From contig OY969425.1 in NCBI GenBank assembly GCA_963699255.1, forward strand, positions 330,001 to 362,000: a DNA stretch of 32,000 nucleotides, read 5' to 3'. This document shows positions 8,721 through 18,017 of this stretch, one piece after another. A model generated the notes under the pieces. That model did not search any database and was not told the origin of the DNA. It saw only the letters and a program-made list of their open reading frames with translations. How positions within the stretch are numbered: the first letter of the stretch is position 1; each line of letters begins with the position of its first letter. The position numbers and the translations under genes are program-made. This DNA comes from an uncultured bacterium. Its GTDB lineage: Bacteria; Margulisbacteria; WOR-1; CAVSGV01.

Positions 8721-8846
8721 TTGGAGACTGGAGTAGTAATGACGCTGATCATATGCGGAACTATCGTAGCCGTTGTACTGATAGGGATATTTTTCACCAT
8801 GTGGATCATTACCAAGGGGATACAGGTGGCAAAGGACAATAAATAG
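8721..8846 (+). CDS. Predicted 41-aa single-pass membrane micro-protein
   Basis: TTG 8721 preceded by ggaggt; translates (M)LETGVVMTLIICGTIVAVVLIGIFFTMWIITKGIQVAKDNK*, one hydrophobic helix with basic C-terminus; fills the gap between the methyltransferase and polA. Below the ORF-track length cutoff. Confidence 0.5.
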   Translation: METGVVMTLIICGTIVAVVLIGIFFTMWIITKGIQVAKDNK

Positions 8847-11553
8847 TTACGTCTTTGCCTCCGCCCAGTTCTCTCCCACCGCGAGATGCACCTTAACGGG
8901 AACGTTCAACTTAACAGCGTTGGTCATTTCATTCTCCACAAGCTTTTTGACTTCCGTAACTTCTTCATCTGGTACTTCGAATACAAGCTCGTCGTGCACC
9001 TGAAGTATCATTTTTGTCTTGAGCATTTTTGATCCTATTTTATCCTGGATGTTTATCATCGCTACCTTGATTATGTCCGCGGCGGTCCCCTGAACAGGGG
9101 TGTTTATCGCAGTCCTTTCCGCGAAGCTCCTCAGGTTCAGGTTCGGATTGTTGATGTCCGGAAGCGGTCTTTTCCTTCCAAGCAGGGTGCAGACGTAGCC
9201 GTCCTTTTTTGCCTGAGCAATGACATCATCAATGAACTTTTTAATTCCCGCGTGCTTCTTGAAATAAGTTTCGATGTACCTGGCCGCTTCCGTCTTTTTA
9301 ATTTTCAAGCTTTTTGAAAGGCCGAAATCGGACATCCCGTAGATTATCCCGAAGTTGACCACCTTCGCCTTGTCGCGCATGTCTTCCGTAACATCCTTAA
9401 GGGGCACATCAAAGACCTCCGATGCTGTAGCTTTGTGGATATCAAGGTCTTCCGAAAAGGCTTTCGTGAATACGGGATCTCCGCTTAGATGAGCGAGTAT
9501 CCTAAGCTCAATCTGTGAATAGTCCGCGGCAAGTATTTTCCATCCCTTTTCTGCGGGTACAAATGCTCCTCTTATCCTCTGCGCCATTTCTCCCTTTGCC
9601 GGGATGTTCTGAAGATTTGGGTTTGAGCTCGAGAGCCTGCCTGTTGCGGTGACCGTCTGATTGAATGACGTGTGGATCCTGCCAGTTTTTTTATTGATAA
9701 GCGTCGGCAGCACGTCGATATACGTGGATTTGTATTTCTGTATCTGCCTGTAATCCATCAGCCTCTGAGCAATCTCGAATTTTTGCGCGAGTTCTTCAAG
9801 GACCTCGGCGTCGGTGGATGCGCCCGTCTTCGTGCGTTTGGTCACGGGGAGCTGAAGCTTTTCATATAATATATTCTGGAGCTGTTTTGGGGAGTTGATG
9901 TTGAACACCTCGCCTGATATGGCAAATATCTGGGTCTCAAGGTGTTTCATCTCTATCTCGATCTCTTTTGACATGACCTTCAGCTTGTCCTTGTCGATTG
10001 AAACGCCGGTTTCTTCCATTGTCGCGAGCACTTCGATCAGCGGCATCTCTATGTTCTCAAAAAGACCGATAAGCTTTTCGTTCAGGATCTTTTCTTTTAA
10101 TATAGGAACAAGTTGAAGCGTCACGTCGGCGTCGGAGCATGAATAATCCGAGGCGGGCCCGATGTCCACCTCCGCCATAGTGATCTGTTTTACTCCCGTG
10201 CCGATGAGCTCTGTTATCTCCATCATTTGCTTGCCCAAAAGCCCGTGAGCGAGGTTCTTAAGCCCGATCTTTCCTGTTGGATCAAGCGTATAGGCGGCTA
10301 TCATCGTGTCAAAAGACAGATTGCGGACGTTAATGCCACAGTTATAGAGCACCTCAATGTCATATTTGAGATTTTGGCCGTATTTTGGAATGTCAGCATT
10401 CTCAAGAACAGGTTTAAGCGCGGCCAGCACATCATCGATATCAAGCTGCTTGCCTTTCTTATGGCCCACGGGCGCATAATAAGCGCTGTTCGGCCTGGTG
10501 GAAAAAGATAACCCTACAAGATCGACCTCGAAGGGATTCCGTCCGGTCGTTTCAGTATCAAATGCAAAACCACAGGATGCTTCCAGCTCTTTGACCAGGG
10601 CTTCAAGTTTATCCTTTGAATCAACCGTGACATAAGCGACATTGGCCTCCTTCAGCGCCTCTCTTTTTTTCTCGACCGTGAACAGGCTCGGCTGCGGCGA
10701 ATATTTCTTTATGAGGCTGCTGAAATTCAAGCTCTTCGAACAAAGGAACAACCTTTGATATGTCGAGTGTGAAAGCAGCAATATCAAAGTCGGCTTTTAT
10801 AGGAACATCCGTTCTGATAGTGGCAAGCACCTTGCTGTCTTTGGCGTCCCGTATGCCGGCCTGGATCTTCGCCCTCAATTTAATGTTCTCAACTTTGTCA
10901 AGGTTGTTTAACAGGTTATCCAGGCTGCCGAATTTCTGCAGGAGGTCTGAAGCGGTCTTTTCTCCTATCCCTTTTATGCCAGGTATGTTGTCGGACGCGT
11001 CACCTTTAAGGGACTTGAAATCCACAACCTGCTCCGGAGTTATTCCGAACCTTTTTTTAACTTCTTCCGCGTCATAAGTGACGATGTCAGACAGACCTTT
11101 CCTTGTGGTCAGAACTCTGATCCTGTCGTCTATCATCTGCAGCGCGTCAAGATCGCCCGTGACGATCTCAACGTTAAAGCCTTTTTCTTCCGCATTTTTT
11201 GCCAGAGTGCCGATGATATCGTCCGCCTCGTATCCGTCGATCTCAAAGATCGGTATGCCCATTGTCTGGGACATCTTTCTGACAAGGGGCATCTGCTCGT
11301 AAAGGGTAGGGGGAGCCTTCTGCCTGGTCGCCTTGTACTGGGCGTATTGCTTGTGGCGGAACGTGGGAGCGGCTGTATCGAATGCGATCGCGATAAAATC
11401 GGGCTTTTTATCCAGCACTTTCAGGAGCATCGTCGTGAATCCGTAAACCGCGTTCGTGACTATTCCGGATGCGGTTTTCATTGTGTCGGGCAGCGCGTAA
11501 AAAGCCCTGTATGCGAGGCTGTTTCCATCGATGAGTACGGCTTTTTTGGGCAT
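8847..11553 (-). CDS. polA: DNA polymerase I, interrupted by an apparent 1-nt frameshift near 10723-10728 (track ORFs 11553-10621 and 10787-8847)
   Basis: 5' nuclease part (MPKKAVLIDGNSLAYRAFYAL...SDNIPGIKGIGEKTA...FEELEF) followed in another frame by SSLIKKYSPQ... with exo motifs (FDTETTG, NLKYDIE, YSCSD) and pol motifs A/B/C (DYSQIELRILAHLSGD, RDKAKVVNFGIIYG, LQVHDELVFEV). Confidence 0.93.
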
Positions 11554-11578
11554 TTCGGGGATTATCTTACCACAGATC

Positions 11579-12190
11579 CTATGATTTTTCGCCCAGCTGG
11601 TACCTTGTAAATCTCCTGATGACGATGTTTTCGCCGATCTTCGCGCAGAATTCTCCGAGAAGGTCTTTTATTGTCTTTTTCGGGTCTTTTATGAAAGGCT
11701 GGTCAATGAGGCACACTTCGCTGAAGAACTTTTCAAGGCGTCCCTCGACTATTGTATCCGCTACTTTCTCCGGTTTTCCTTCCGCGAGCGTCTGGCTTTT
11801 CAGTATCTCCTTTTCGTGGGACACGATCCCGTCCGGAACTTCTTCGCGTGTCAGATACTGCGGGTTTGAAGCCGCGATCTGCATGGCTATGTCTTTGACA
11901 AAGGACTGGAATTCGATGTTCCTCGCGACAAAATCCGTTTCGCAGTTGATCTCCAGCAGAACGCCTATTTTCCCCCCAAGGTGAATATAGCTGTCCACGA
12001 CTCCCTCAGCTGCGGTACGGCCGGCCCTGCGTGCGGCGGCAGCCAATCCCAGCGCCCTCAAAAGATCCATTGCTTTTTCCATGTCTCCGCCGGCTTCCAG
12101 CAGGGCTTTTTTACAATCCATCATTCCAACGCCCGTTTTTTCCCTGAGAGCCTTTATGGTTTCGGTGGTAATTTCGATCTTAGAACCCAA
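11579..12190 (-). CDS. tsf: Elongation factor Ts (short form)
   Basis: '[34 protein letters not shown]' and '[11 protein letters not shown]'. TTG start at 12190 with GGAGA-type SD inferred. Confidence 0.94.
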   Translation of the reverse strand: MGSKIEITTETIKALREKTGVGMMDCKKALLEAGGDMEKAMDLLRALGLAAAARRAGRTAAEGVVDSYIHLGGKIGVLLEINCETDFVARNIEFQSFVKDIAMQIAASNPQYLTREEVPDGIVSHEKEILKSQTLAEGKPEKVADTIVEGRLEKFFSEVCLIDQPFIKDPKKTIKDLLGEFCAKIGENIVIRRFTRYQLGEKS

Positions 12191-13025
12191 TTCTCTTTTC
12201 TCCCTTTGCCTGTTCCTGTTCTTCCTCAAGTTTCAGTTTGGCTGCGGCTATTGCTTCCATCTGTTCTTCCTGTCCGAGAACTTCCGCTTCTTCGATTTCC
12301 ACCGGAACCGCTATTTCCTCCGATGAAATTTCATTTGGCTTCAAGACCTGGCGTCCGGCCAGAACCGCGTCCGCCATCAATGAGGTCAGAAGCTTAATGG
12401 ATTTTATCGCGTCGTCATTGGCGGGGAGGGGATAATCCACTTCTTCGGGGTCGCAGTTCGTGTCAACAACTCCAACGATAGGTATTTCAAGACGCTTTGC
12501 TTCCTTGATCGCGATTATTTCTTTTTTGGAGTCAACAACAAAAAGAATGGAAGGCATCGAAACCATTTCCCTGACGCCTCCAAGACCTTTCATGATCTTG
12601 CCATACTCTCTTTTTATGCTGGCTACTTCCTTTTTGGTAATCTTGTCAAATATGCCGTCGGTTTCCATTTTTTCTATTTCTTTCATTTTTGCGATGTTCT
12701 TTTTAAGGGTCTTGAAATTCGTCAGTGTGCCGCCCAGCCACCTCTGGTTAACATAGAACATGCCGCATCTTTTGGCTTCTTCTTCAATGGATTCCTGCGC
12801 CTGTTTTTTTGTTCCCACGAACAGAACAGTGCCGTTCTTCGCGACGACATCTTTCACGAAATTGTACGCTTTTTCTATTAGAGGTATGGTCTTGTGAAGG
12901 TCTATGACATGAATATCGTTCCTCGAAGAATATATGAACTTCTTCATTTTCGGGTTCCATCGTTTGCTCTGGTGGCCGAAGTGCACACCGGCTTCAAGCA
13001 ACTGTTTCATTGTAACAACTGACAC
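12180..13025 (-). CDS. rpsB: 30S ribosomal protein S2
   Basis: '[29 protein letters not shown]', '[13 protein letters not shown]', '[26 protein letters not shown]'; GTG start with AGGAGGT SD. Confidence 0.97.
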   Translation of the reverse strand: MSVVTMKQLLEAGVHFGHQSKRWNPKMKKFIYSSRNDIHVIDLHKTIPLIEKAYNFVKDVVAKNGTVLFVGTKKQAQESIEEEAKRCGMFYVNQRWLGGTLTNFKTLKKNIAKMKEIEKMETDGIFDKITKKEVASIKREYGKIMKGLGGVREMVSMPSILFVVDSKKEIIAIKEAKRLEIPIVGVVDTNCDPEEVDYPLPANDDAIKSIKLLTSLMADAVLAGRQVLKPNEISSEEIAVPVEIEEAEVLGQEEQMEAIAAAKLKLEEEQEQAKGEKRIGF

Positions 13026-13076
13026 AATTAATTACCTCCTATTGATTATGGATTATTGCAAAAGTCACGAAGAGTT

Positions 13077-13105
13077 ATTATACCAGCAGAGGCGAAGGTT
13101 TGCAA
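13077..13105 (-). promoter_or_regulatory. Sigma70-type promoter upstream of rpsB
   Basis: Minus strand reads TTGCAA - 17 nt (accttcgcctctgctgg) - TATAAT, about 50 nt upstream of the rpsB start. Confidence 0.75.
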
Positions 13106-13112
13106 TCTTCTT

Positions 13113-13985
13113 TTATCCGGCGATAATGACCCTTTCCAGTCCGTTCAGGTCCTTTTTTATCCGGATGTTCTTTGGTTTTAGCGCGTTCTGGATGAGGGAG
13201 GCCACGTCATTTGCGCTGTCAGAAGCCACTTCCAAAAGGAGGAAGCCGCCTTCTTTTAAGAAGCTGGCGCCTTTTTCCGCGATCTTTCTGTAGCAATCAA
13301 GTCCGTCCGGCCCTCCATCAAGCGCGGCATAAGGTTCGAAGTCCCTGATCTCGGGTTGCAGGTTCTTGATGTTGGCGGTCTTTATGTACGGCGGGTTGGA
13401 AATGATGATGTTGCACTGCAGGTTTTCTTCCGGGAAAAGGTCCGTTTCAATGAATTGTATCTTGTTTTCAACTTCATGCTTCTTTGCGTTTGAAAGAGCC
13501 ACTTCAAGGGCTTTGCCTGATGAATCGGTCGCATGGACCTCGATATTGTCTATGAACTTGGCCAGTGACACCGCGATTATCCCGGAACCTGTGCCGATAT
13601 CAAGCACCGTTATCTTTCCTTCGAAAGTCTTTGATAATTCAATGGCATTCTCTATAAGGAGCTCCGTTTCCGGCCTCGGGATAAGAACGTCAGGTGTCAC
13701 GTTGAAATTAAGTGACATGAAGTGTTTGTTCCCGATGATGTAAGCTGCAGGCTCACCCTTTACCCTTCTGGTTATGAATCCCTTGAAAGTCTCAAGGCCC
13801 TTTTTATCGATCTCTTTTTCAAAGTCGATATAGAGCTTGATCCTGTCCATATGTAAAGCGTGTGACAAAAGTATCTCGGCTTCAAGATGCGGGGTCTCTA
13901 TTTTGTGTTTATTGAAATAGTCCGTTGTCCAGTCAAGGACCTTCTTTATCGTCCAGGATTCATTGTCCATGTTTTGATTTTTCAA
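13113..13985 (-). CDS. prmC: Peptide chain release factor N5-glutamine methyltransferase
   Basis: 'VLIPRPETELLIENAI', 'VLDIGTGSGIIAVSLAKF', 'IISNPPYI'; adjacent to prfA. Exact start uncertain because it overlaps the prfA end. Confidence 0.95.
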   Translation of the reverse strand: MKNQNMDNESWTIKKVLDWTTDYFNKHKIETPHLEAEILLSHALHMDRIKLYIDFEKEIDKKGLETFKGFITRRVKGEPAAYIIGNKHFMSLNFNVTPDVLIPRPETELLIENAIELSKTFEGKITVLDIGTGSGIIAVSLAKFIDNIEVHATDSSGKALEVALSNAKKHEVENKIQFIETDLFPEENLQCNIIISNPPYIKTANIKNLQPEIRDFEPYAALDGGPDGLDCYRKIAEKGASFLKEGGFLLLEVASDSANDVASLIQNALKPKNIRIKKDLNGLERVIIAG

Positions 13986-15030
13986 GTTTGGCGGCTTTGT
14001 CGGCGGCAGCCAGCGCTGCTATCATCTCATCCAGATCTCCGTCCATGATCGCGTCGATCTTATAAAGCGACAGGCCTATCCTGTGGTCGGTGACGCGGTT
14101 CTGCGGGAAATTGTATGTCCTGATCTTCTCGCTCCTGTCTCCGGTTCCTATCTGAACGCGCCGCAGTTCGTCGAGCTCTCCCTTTTGCTTGATCTTCTTT
14201 TCGTCAAGGAGCCGGGACCTTAAGAGGTTCATTGCCTTTGCCCGGTTCTGGTGCTGGGAGCGTTCGTCCTGGCATACGACCACCGTATTTGTAGGTATGT
14301 GCGTGATCCTGATCGCGGAGCTGACCTTGTTGACGTTCTGCCCGCCGGCGCCGCCCGACCTGAAGGTATCCACTCTCAGGTCTCTCTCGTCAATCTTAAG
14401 GTCTATTTCTTCAGCCTCCGGTATCACCGCCACCGTTGCCGCCGAAGTATGCACCCTCCCGCTGGCTTCGGTCGAGGGAACCCTCTGAACGCGGTGGGTG
14501 CCGCTTTCATATTTAAAATTGCTGTAGGCTCCCTTTCCATGGACCGCGATCACGGCCTCCTTGTATCCTCCTAGCCCGGTCGGATTATCGTTCACCATCT
14601 CCGTTTTATAACCCTTGCGCTCAGCGAACCTGAGATACATCCGCAGGAGCTGACCGGCAAAAAGAGCGGCTTCTTCTCCGCCCGTGCCCGCCCTCAGCTC
14701 TATGAAAATGTCCTTTTCGTCATACGGGTCTTTTGGAAGGAGAAGGTACTCGAGCTCCATGGCAAGCATCTGTTCTTTTTTTTCATGTTCCTTCAGTTCA
14801 GCTTCCGCCATTTCCTTTACTTCGTTGTCCCTGGATAGGGCCTTGAGGGTGTCTATTTCGGCTTTTAACTTTTTGTATTCCCTGAATTTGGACACGATCG
14901 GTTTCAGGTCCGAGAGTTCCTTGGAAAAGGCAAAGTATTGTTCTTTGTCCCTTATTATATCAGCGGAAGAAAGGAGGATTTCCAGTTCATTAGATCTCTT
15001 TTCAATTGACTCTAATTTGTTAAAAAGCAT
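13960..15030 (-). CDS. prfA: Peptide chain release factor 1
   Basis: 'FRSGGAGGQNVNKVSSAIRITHIPT' GGQ motif; 'REIRTYNFPQNRVTDHRI'-type C-terminus. Confidence 0.97.
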   Translation of the reverse strand: MLFNKLESIEKRSNELEILLSSADIIRDKEQYFAFSKELSDLKPIVSKFREYKKLKAEIDTLKALSRDNEVKEMAEAELKEHEKKEQMLAMELEYLLLPKDPYDEKDIFIELRAGTGGEEAALFAGQLLRMYLRFAERKGYKTEMVNDNPTGLGGYKEAVIAVHGKGAYSNFKYESGTHRVQRVPSTEASGRVHTSAATVAVIPEAEEIDLKIDERDLRVDTFRSGGAGGQNVNKVSSAIRITHIPTNTVVVCQDERSQHQNRAKAMNLLRSRLLDEKKIKQKGELDELRRVQIGTGDRSEKIRTYNFPQNRVTDHRIGLSLYKIDAIMDGDLDEMIAALAAADKAAKLEKSKHGQ

Positions 15031-15056
15031 TTATGAGAACTCAACAGCAGGGGCTG

Positions 15057-15293
15057 TTATCTTCTTTTCTTGGGCTTTTTTGCGGCCGGGGCGGCAACAT
15101 GAGAGTATTTTTTCTTGAAGCGCTCAACTCTGCCCTCGGAATCCATTAGTTTTTGTTTTCCGGTAAATAACGGATGGCAATTGGAGCAAATATCGACCCT
15201 GATGTTCTCCTTGGTTGAGCCGATCTCATATGTCGCTCCGCACGCGCAAGCCGCGGTCGTCTTATAATATTTTGGATGAATATTTTCTTTCAT
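15057..15293 (-). CDS. rpmE: 50S ribosomal protein L31
   Basis: [48 protein letters not shown]; ATG at 15293 preferred to the track start. Confidence 0.95.
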   Translation of the reverse strand: MKENIHPKYYKTTAACACGATYEIGSTKENIRVDICSNCHPLFTGKQKLMDSEGRVERFKKKYSHVAAPAAKKPKKRR

Positions 15294-15431
15294 GTTTTTC
15301 CTCCAAGATTCGAGGAACATTTTATCATAAGTTGGGTTTGGCCGCAATTAGTATTTTCGCCTAATTGAAAAAAGCGGAATATGGCTTAAAAAGGCTTGAG
15401 AGGGGGAATAGGTGGTACAAGTAGAAAAGGG

Positions 15432-15532
15432 GAATAAGGGAAAAATGAAAGAGGAGCAGCCTTATTTTGCTTCTTGCACTTATTCGCCTTATCTCACTTC
15501 GGGCACTTCTTAAGCCTTATTGAGCCTTATTC
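15432..15532. repeat. G/A-rich then C/T-rich intergenic segment with GAATAAGG / CCTTATTC complementary words
   Basis: gaataagg 15432-15439; ccttattc 15525-15532; additional ccttatt words between (near 15460, 15487, 15515). Confidence 0.35.
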
Positions 15533-16387
15533 TTTGACGTCCCACCTGTAGCCGATGGATGCATAAGTGCAGTTCATGGTATAGTTGTAACGGCTTAGAT
15601 CCGCCGCATAATATCCGAACTGAAAGCATAAGGCGTTTTTATCGCCCATCGGCATCTCAAGCCCGTAGAAAAGATGGTATCCCATAGTTGTAAGGTTCTC
15701 TTTAAAAGGCGTTTCCAGGTCGGTTAAGTAATAACCGAGGCCGAGCCCATAGTACTGCTTGCCTCTGAAGTAAGGGCTCGGAAGATAGCTTATGGAGAAA
15801 TCCGCGGTTATCGGCATAAAGTACCAGGAACTTTTTGATGAGGTCAGCTGACCTCGTTCCATTTCAAGTGAGAAATCGATGCTCGGCGCGAGGGGGATCT
15901 TGAATCCAAGCCCCAGGCCGAATGTTGAAGCATAATTATCCAGGGACGGGGAATCATAATTGTAGTAAAGGTTTGACAGGTATCCAAATTTAAGGTACCA
16001 GCCGGTGTGCATTTCTTTGCCGTAGTCGAGTATCCTTTTGGTCCTGAAGACGTCTACGGGCTCTTCGGAGGAGCTTTTTCTTTGTCCCTCCAGACCTTTT
16101 TCTGTGATGTAGATCGTTGTCAGTTCGCTGTCTTTTATTTCCACGATCTCCGCATATAGGGTCGCTTCAGCGGTGGCTTCTCCGGAAGCGATCCTCAAAA
16201 AATGGGTCCCGGATTGTATCTGTTTGATCTGCACGGAATCCGTGCCGCTCAGCTTGCCGTCCAGGTATATTTTGGTCCCCGGAGTTTTCGAGAAAACATT
16301 CAGAGAACCGTATTTCATGTCATCGGCCAACGAAGCCGATGCTATGAATAATAGGAAAACCGCCAAAAGCACGAACGTTTTTTTCAT
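15527..16387 (-). CDS. Exported PEGA-like domain protein with C-terminal beta-barrel-like region
   Basis: Signal peptide MKKTFVLLAVFLLFIASASLA; 'GSLNVFSKTPGTKIYLDGKLSGTDSVQIKQIQSGTHFLRI' resembles PEGA; C-terminal alternating Tyr-rich strands (YFRGKQYYGLGLGYYLTD...YGLEMPMGDKNALCFQFGYY). Confidence 0.7.
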   Translation of the reverse strand: MKKTFVLLAVFLLFIASASLADDMKYGSLNVFSKTPGTKIYLDGKLSGTDSVQIKQIQSGTHFLRIASGEATAEATLYAEIVEIKDSELTTIYITEKGLEGQRKSSSEEPVDVFRTKRILDYGKEMHTGWYLKFGYLSNLYYNYDSPSLDNYASTFGLGLGFKIPLAPSIDFSLEMERGQLTSSKSSWYFMPITADFSISYLPSPYFRGKQYYGLGLGYYLTDLETPFKENLTTMGYHLFYGLEMPMGDKNALCFQFGYYAADLSRYNYTMNCTYASIGYRWDVKE

Positions 16388-16489
16388 CTATATAAGTATA
16401 TCATATTTGAATTGTGAAAAAACAGAGATATGATTGTTGCAACTTTAGCTGGTTTTTTACGATATAATTATAGAAAGGAGTAATTACAT

Positions 16490-17635
16490 TTGGGATCTGA
16501 TGTTTCAAGTACATCCGATATTTCGTGGATAAAAAGCGTGATATTAAAGCGATATCCAAAGATCATTGAGGATAAAGGCGCTGACCTGAACAATGATAAG
16601 AAGATATCGGGCGATGAGGTCTTTGGAGATCTTGATAAGAACGGCACTGTTGGCAACGACAAGGATTTCTGGCTTTATTTGGAAAAAAATAAAAGCTTGA
16701 TCGCCAAGCAGGTGGACTTCGTTGCTTGGGAGGGAGCTGAAATATCTTCGGATAATATCATTAACCATCTTCTTTTTTTGGAGTCCCAATTATGCAAAAA
16801 AGAGGATATTCAGAATACTTACAGGATACTCAATGAGGTTGTGGCGCAGGCAAAACAAAAAGCAGGGAAAATAGAAAGCCCCGAATGGAAGCTCAAAGGC
16901 GTATTGGTTATGCTTCATGACGACTTTAATATCAATTTCCAGGTTTCGGATAAAGGATTTACTGACGATCTTTTGAAGGGGATAATGGATTGCAATACTG
17001 TTTCTTTCTTGTTTTTGGCGATCGCACATGAGCTGAAATGGCCCTTATACGCGGTAAAGGCCCCTCAGCATGTTTTTTTGAGGTGGGATGATGGGTCGTA
17101 TCGTTTAAATTTCGACATAGGGCGTATATATACGGACAAATATTATCAGGAACAGCTAAAAATAGATGACAGTGTCGTTAAAAACGGGACATATTTAAAA
17201 AATTTGTCCCAGCGCGAGACAAAAGGTCTGTTCTATTATAACCGGGGGAATACAAAATGTGAGGGAAAGGATTATGGTGGAGCGAATGAGGATTACTTAA
17301 AAGCTATTGAATTCTACCCCAAACTTCCAGAAGCGTATAATAATATAGGAATTATCAAAAGCGATTTAAGGGATAATAACAAGGCGATCGAGTATTTTTC
17401 AAAAGCGCTTGCGCTTTATCCTAAATTTGGAGCCGCCTACATGAACCGGGGGATATCAAAAAATAAAATCGGGGACTATAAGGGGGCTATAGAAGATTTT
17501 TCTGAAGTGATCACACTTGACCCAAAATATGCCCCGGCTTATCTTGACCGCTGTAAAGTGAAAGCAAAAATGGGGGATAGCACGGGAGCAAGCGCCGATT
17601 TTAAGGAATATAAAAAGTTAACAGCCGGGCAATGA
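16490..17635 (+). CDS. EF-hand/dockerin-like + transglutaminase-like (SirB1-type) + TPR repeat protein
   Basis: EF loops DLNNDKKISGDE and DLDKNGTVGNDK; 'MDCNTVSFLFLAIAHELKWPLYAVKAPQHVFLRWDDGSYRLNFD' with Cys/His; at least three TPRs (GLFYYNRGNTKC..., PEAYNNIGIIKSDLRDNNKAIEYFSKALALYPKFGAAYMNRGISKNKIGDYKGAIEDFSEVITLDPKYAPAYLDR). Confidence 0.75.
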   Translation: MGSDVSSTSDISWIKSVILKRYPKIIEDKGADLNNDKKISGDEVFGDLDKNGTVGNDKDFWLYLEKNKSLIAKQVDFVAWEGAEISSDNIINHLLFLESQLCKKEDIQNTYRILNEVVAQAKQKAGKIESPEWKLKGVLVMLHDDFNINFQVSDKGFTDDLLKGIMDCNTVSFLFLAIAHELKWPLYAVKAPQHVFLRWDDGSYRLNFDIGRIYTDKYYQEQLKIDDSVVKNGTYLKNLSQRETKGLFYYNRGNTKCEGKDYGGANEDYLKAIEFYPKLPEAYNNIGIIKSDLRDNNKAIEYFSKALALYPKFGAAYMNRGISKNKIGDYKGAIEDFSEVITLDPKYAPAYLDRCKVKAKMGDSTGASADFKEYKKLTAGQ

Positions 17636-17744
17636 TATTTTTTTCCACAGTCTCTATCCAATTTATTAAAAAGTCTTATCATTATTATTTATTGTTTACA
17701 AATCAAACAAGCTGTGATAACATCAAAACGTTCAGGAGGAATAG

Positions 17745-18014
17745 ATGTCGATAAAAAAAGAGGTCAAAACGGAAATAATAAAGAAATTCAGAAGGAAGGA
17801 ATCTGATACGGGGTCGCCCGAGGTACAGGTTGCTATTTTGACCGAAAGCATAAACAAGCTGCTTGAGCATTTGAAGGGCAATAAAAAGGACCATCACTCC
17901 CGACGAGGGCTGCTAATGATGGTGGGCCGCCGCAAAAGGCTCATGAAATACCTCAACAGGAAGGACATTAAGCGATACACTGCGCTTGCGACCAGCTTAG
18001 ACCTGAAGAAATAA
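17745..18014 (+). CDS. rpsO: 30S ribosomal protein S15
   Basis: 89 aa: '[52 protein letters not shown]'; SD aggagga. Confidence 0.97.
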   Translation: MSIKKEVKTEIIKKFRRKESDTGSPEVQVAILTESINKLLEHLKGNKKDHHSRRGLLMMVGRRKRLMKYLNRKDIKRYTALATSLDLKK

Positions 18015-18017
18015 CCT

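Noticed and set aside
16173-16433. 86-aa plus ORF opposite the PEGA-like gene
   Set aside because: Antisense to a gene with signal peptide and domain similarity.
17703-17897. 64-aa minus ORF antisense to rpsO
   Set aside because: Covers the rpsO promoter/SD and start; no support.
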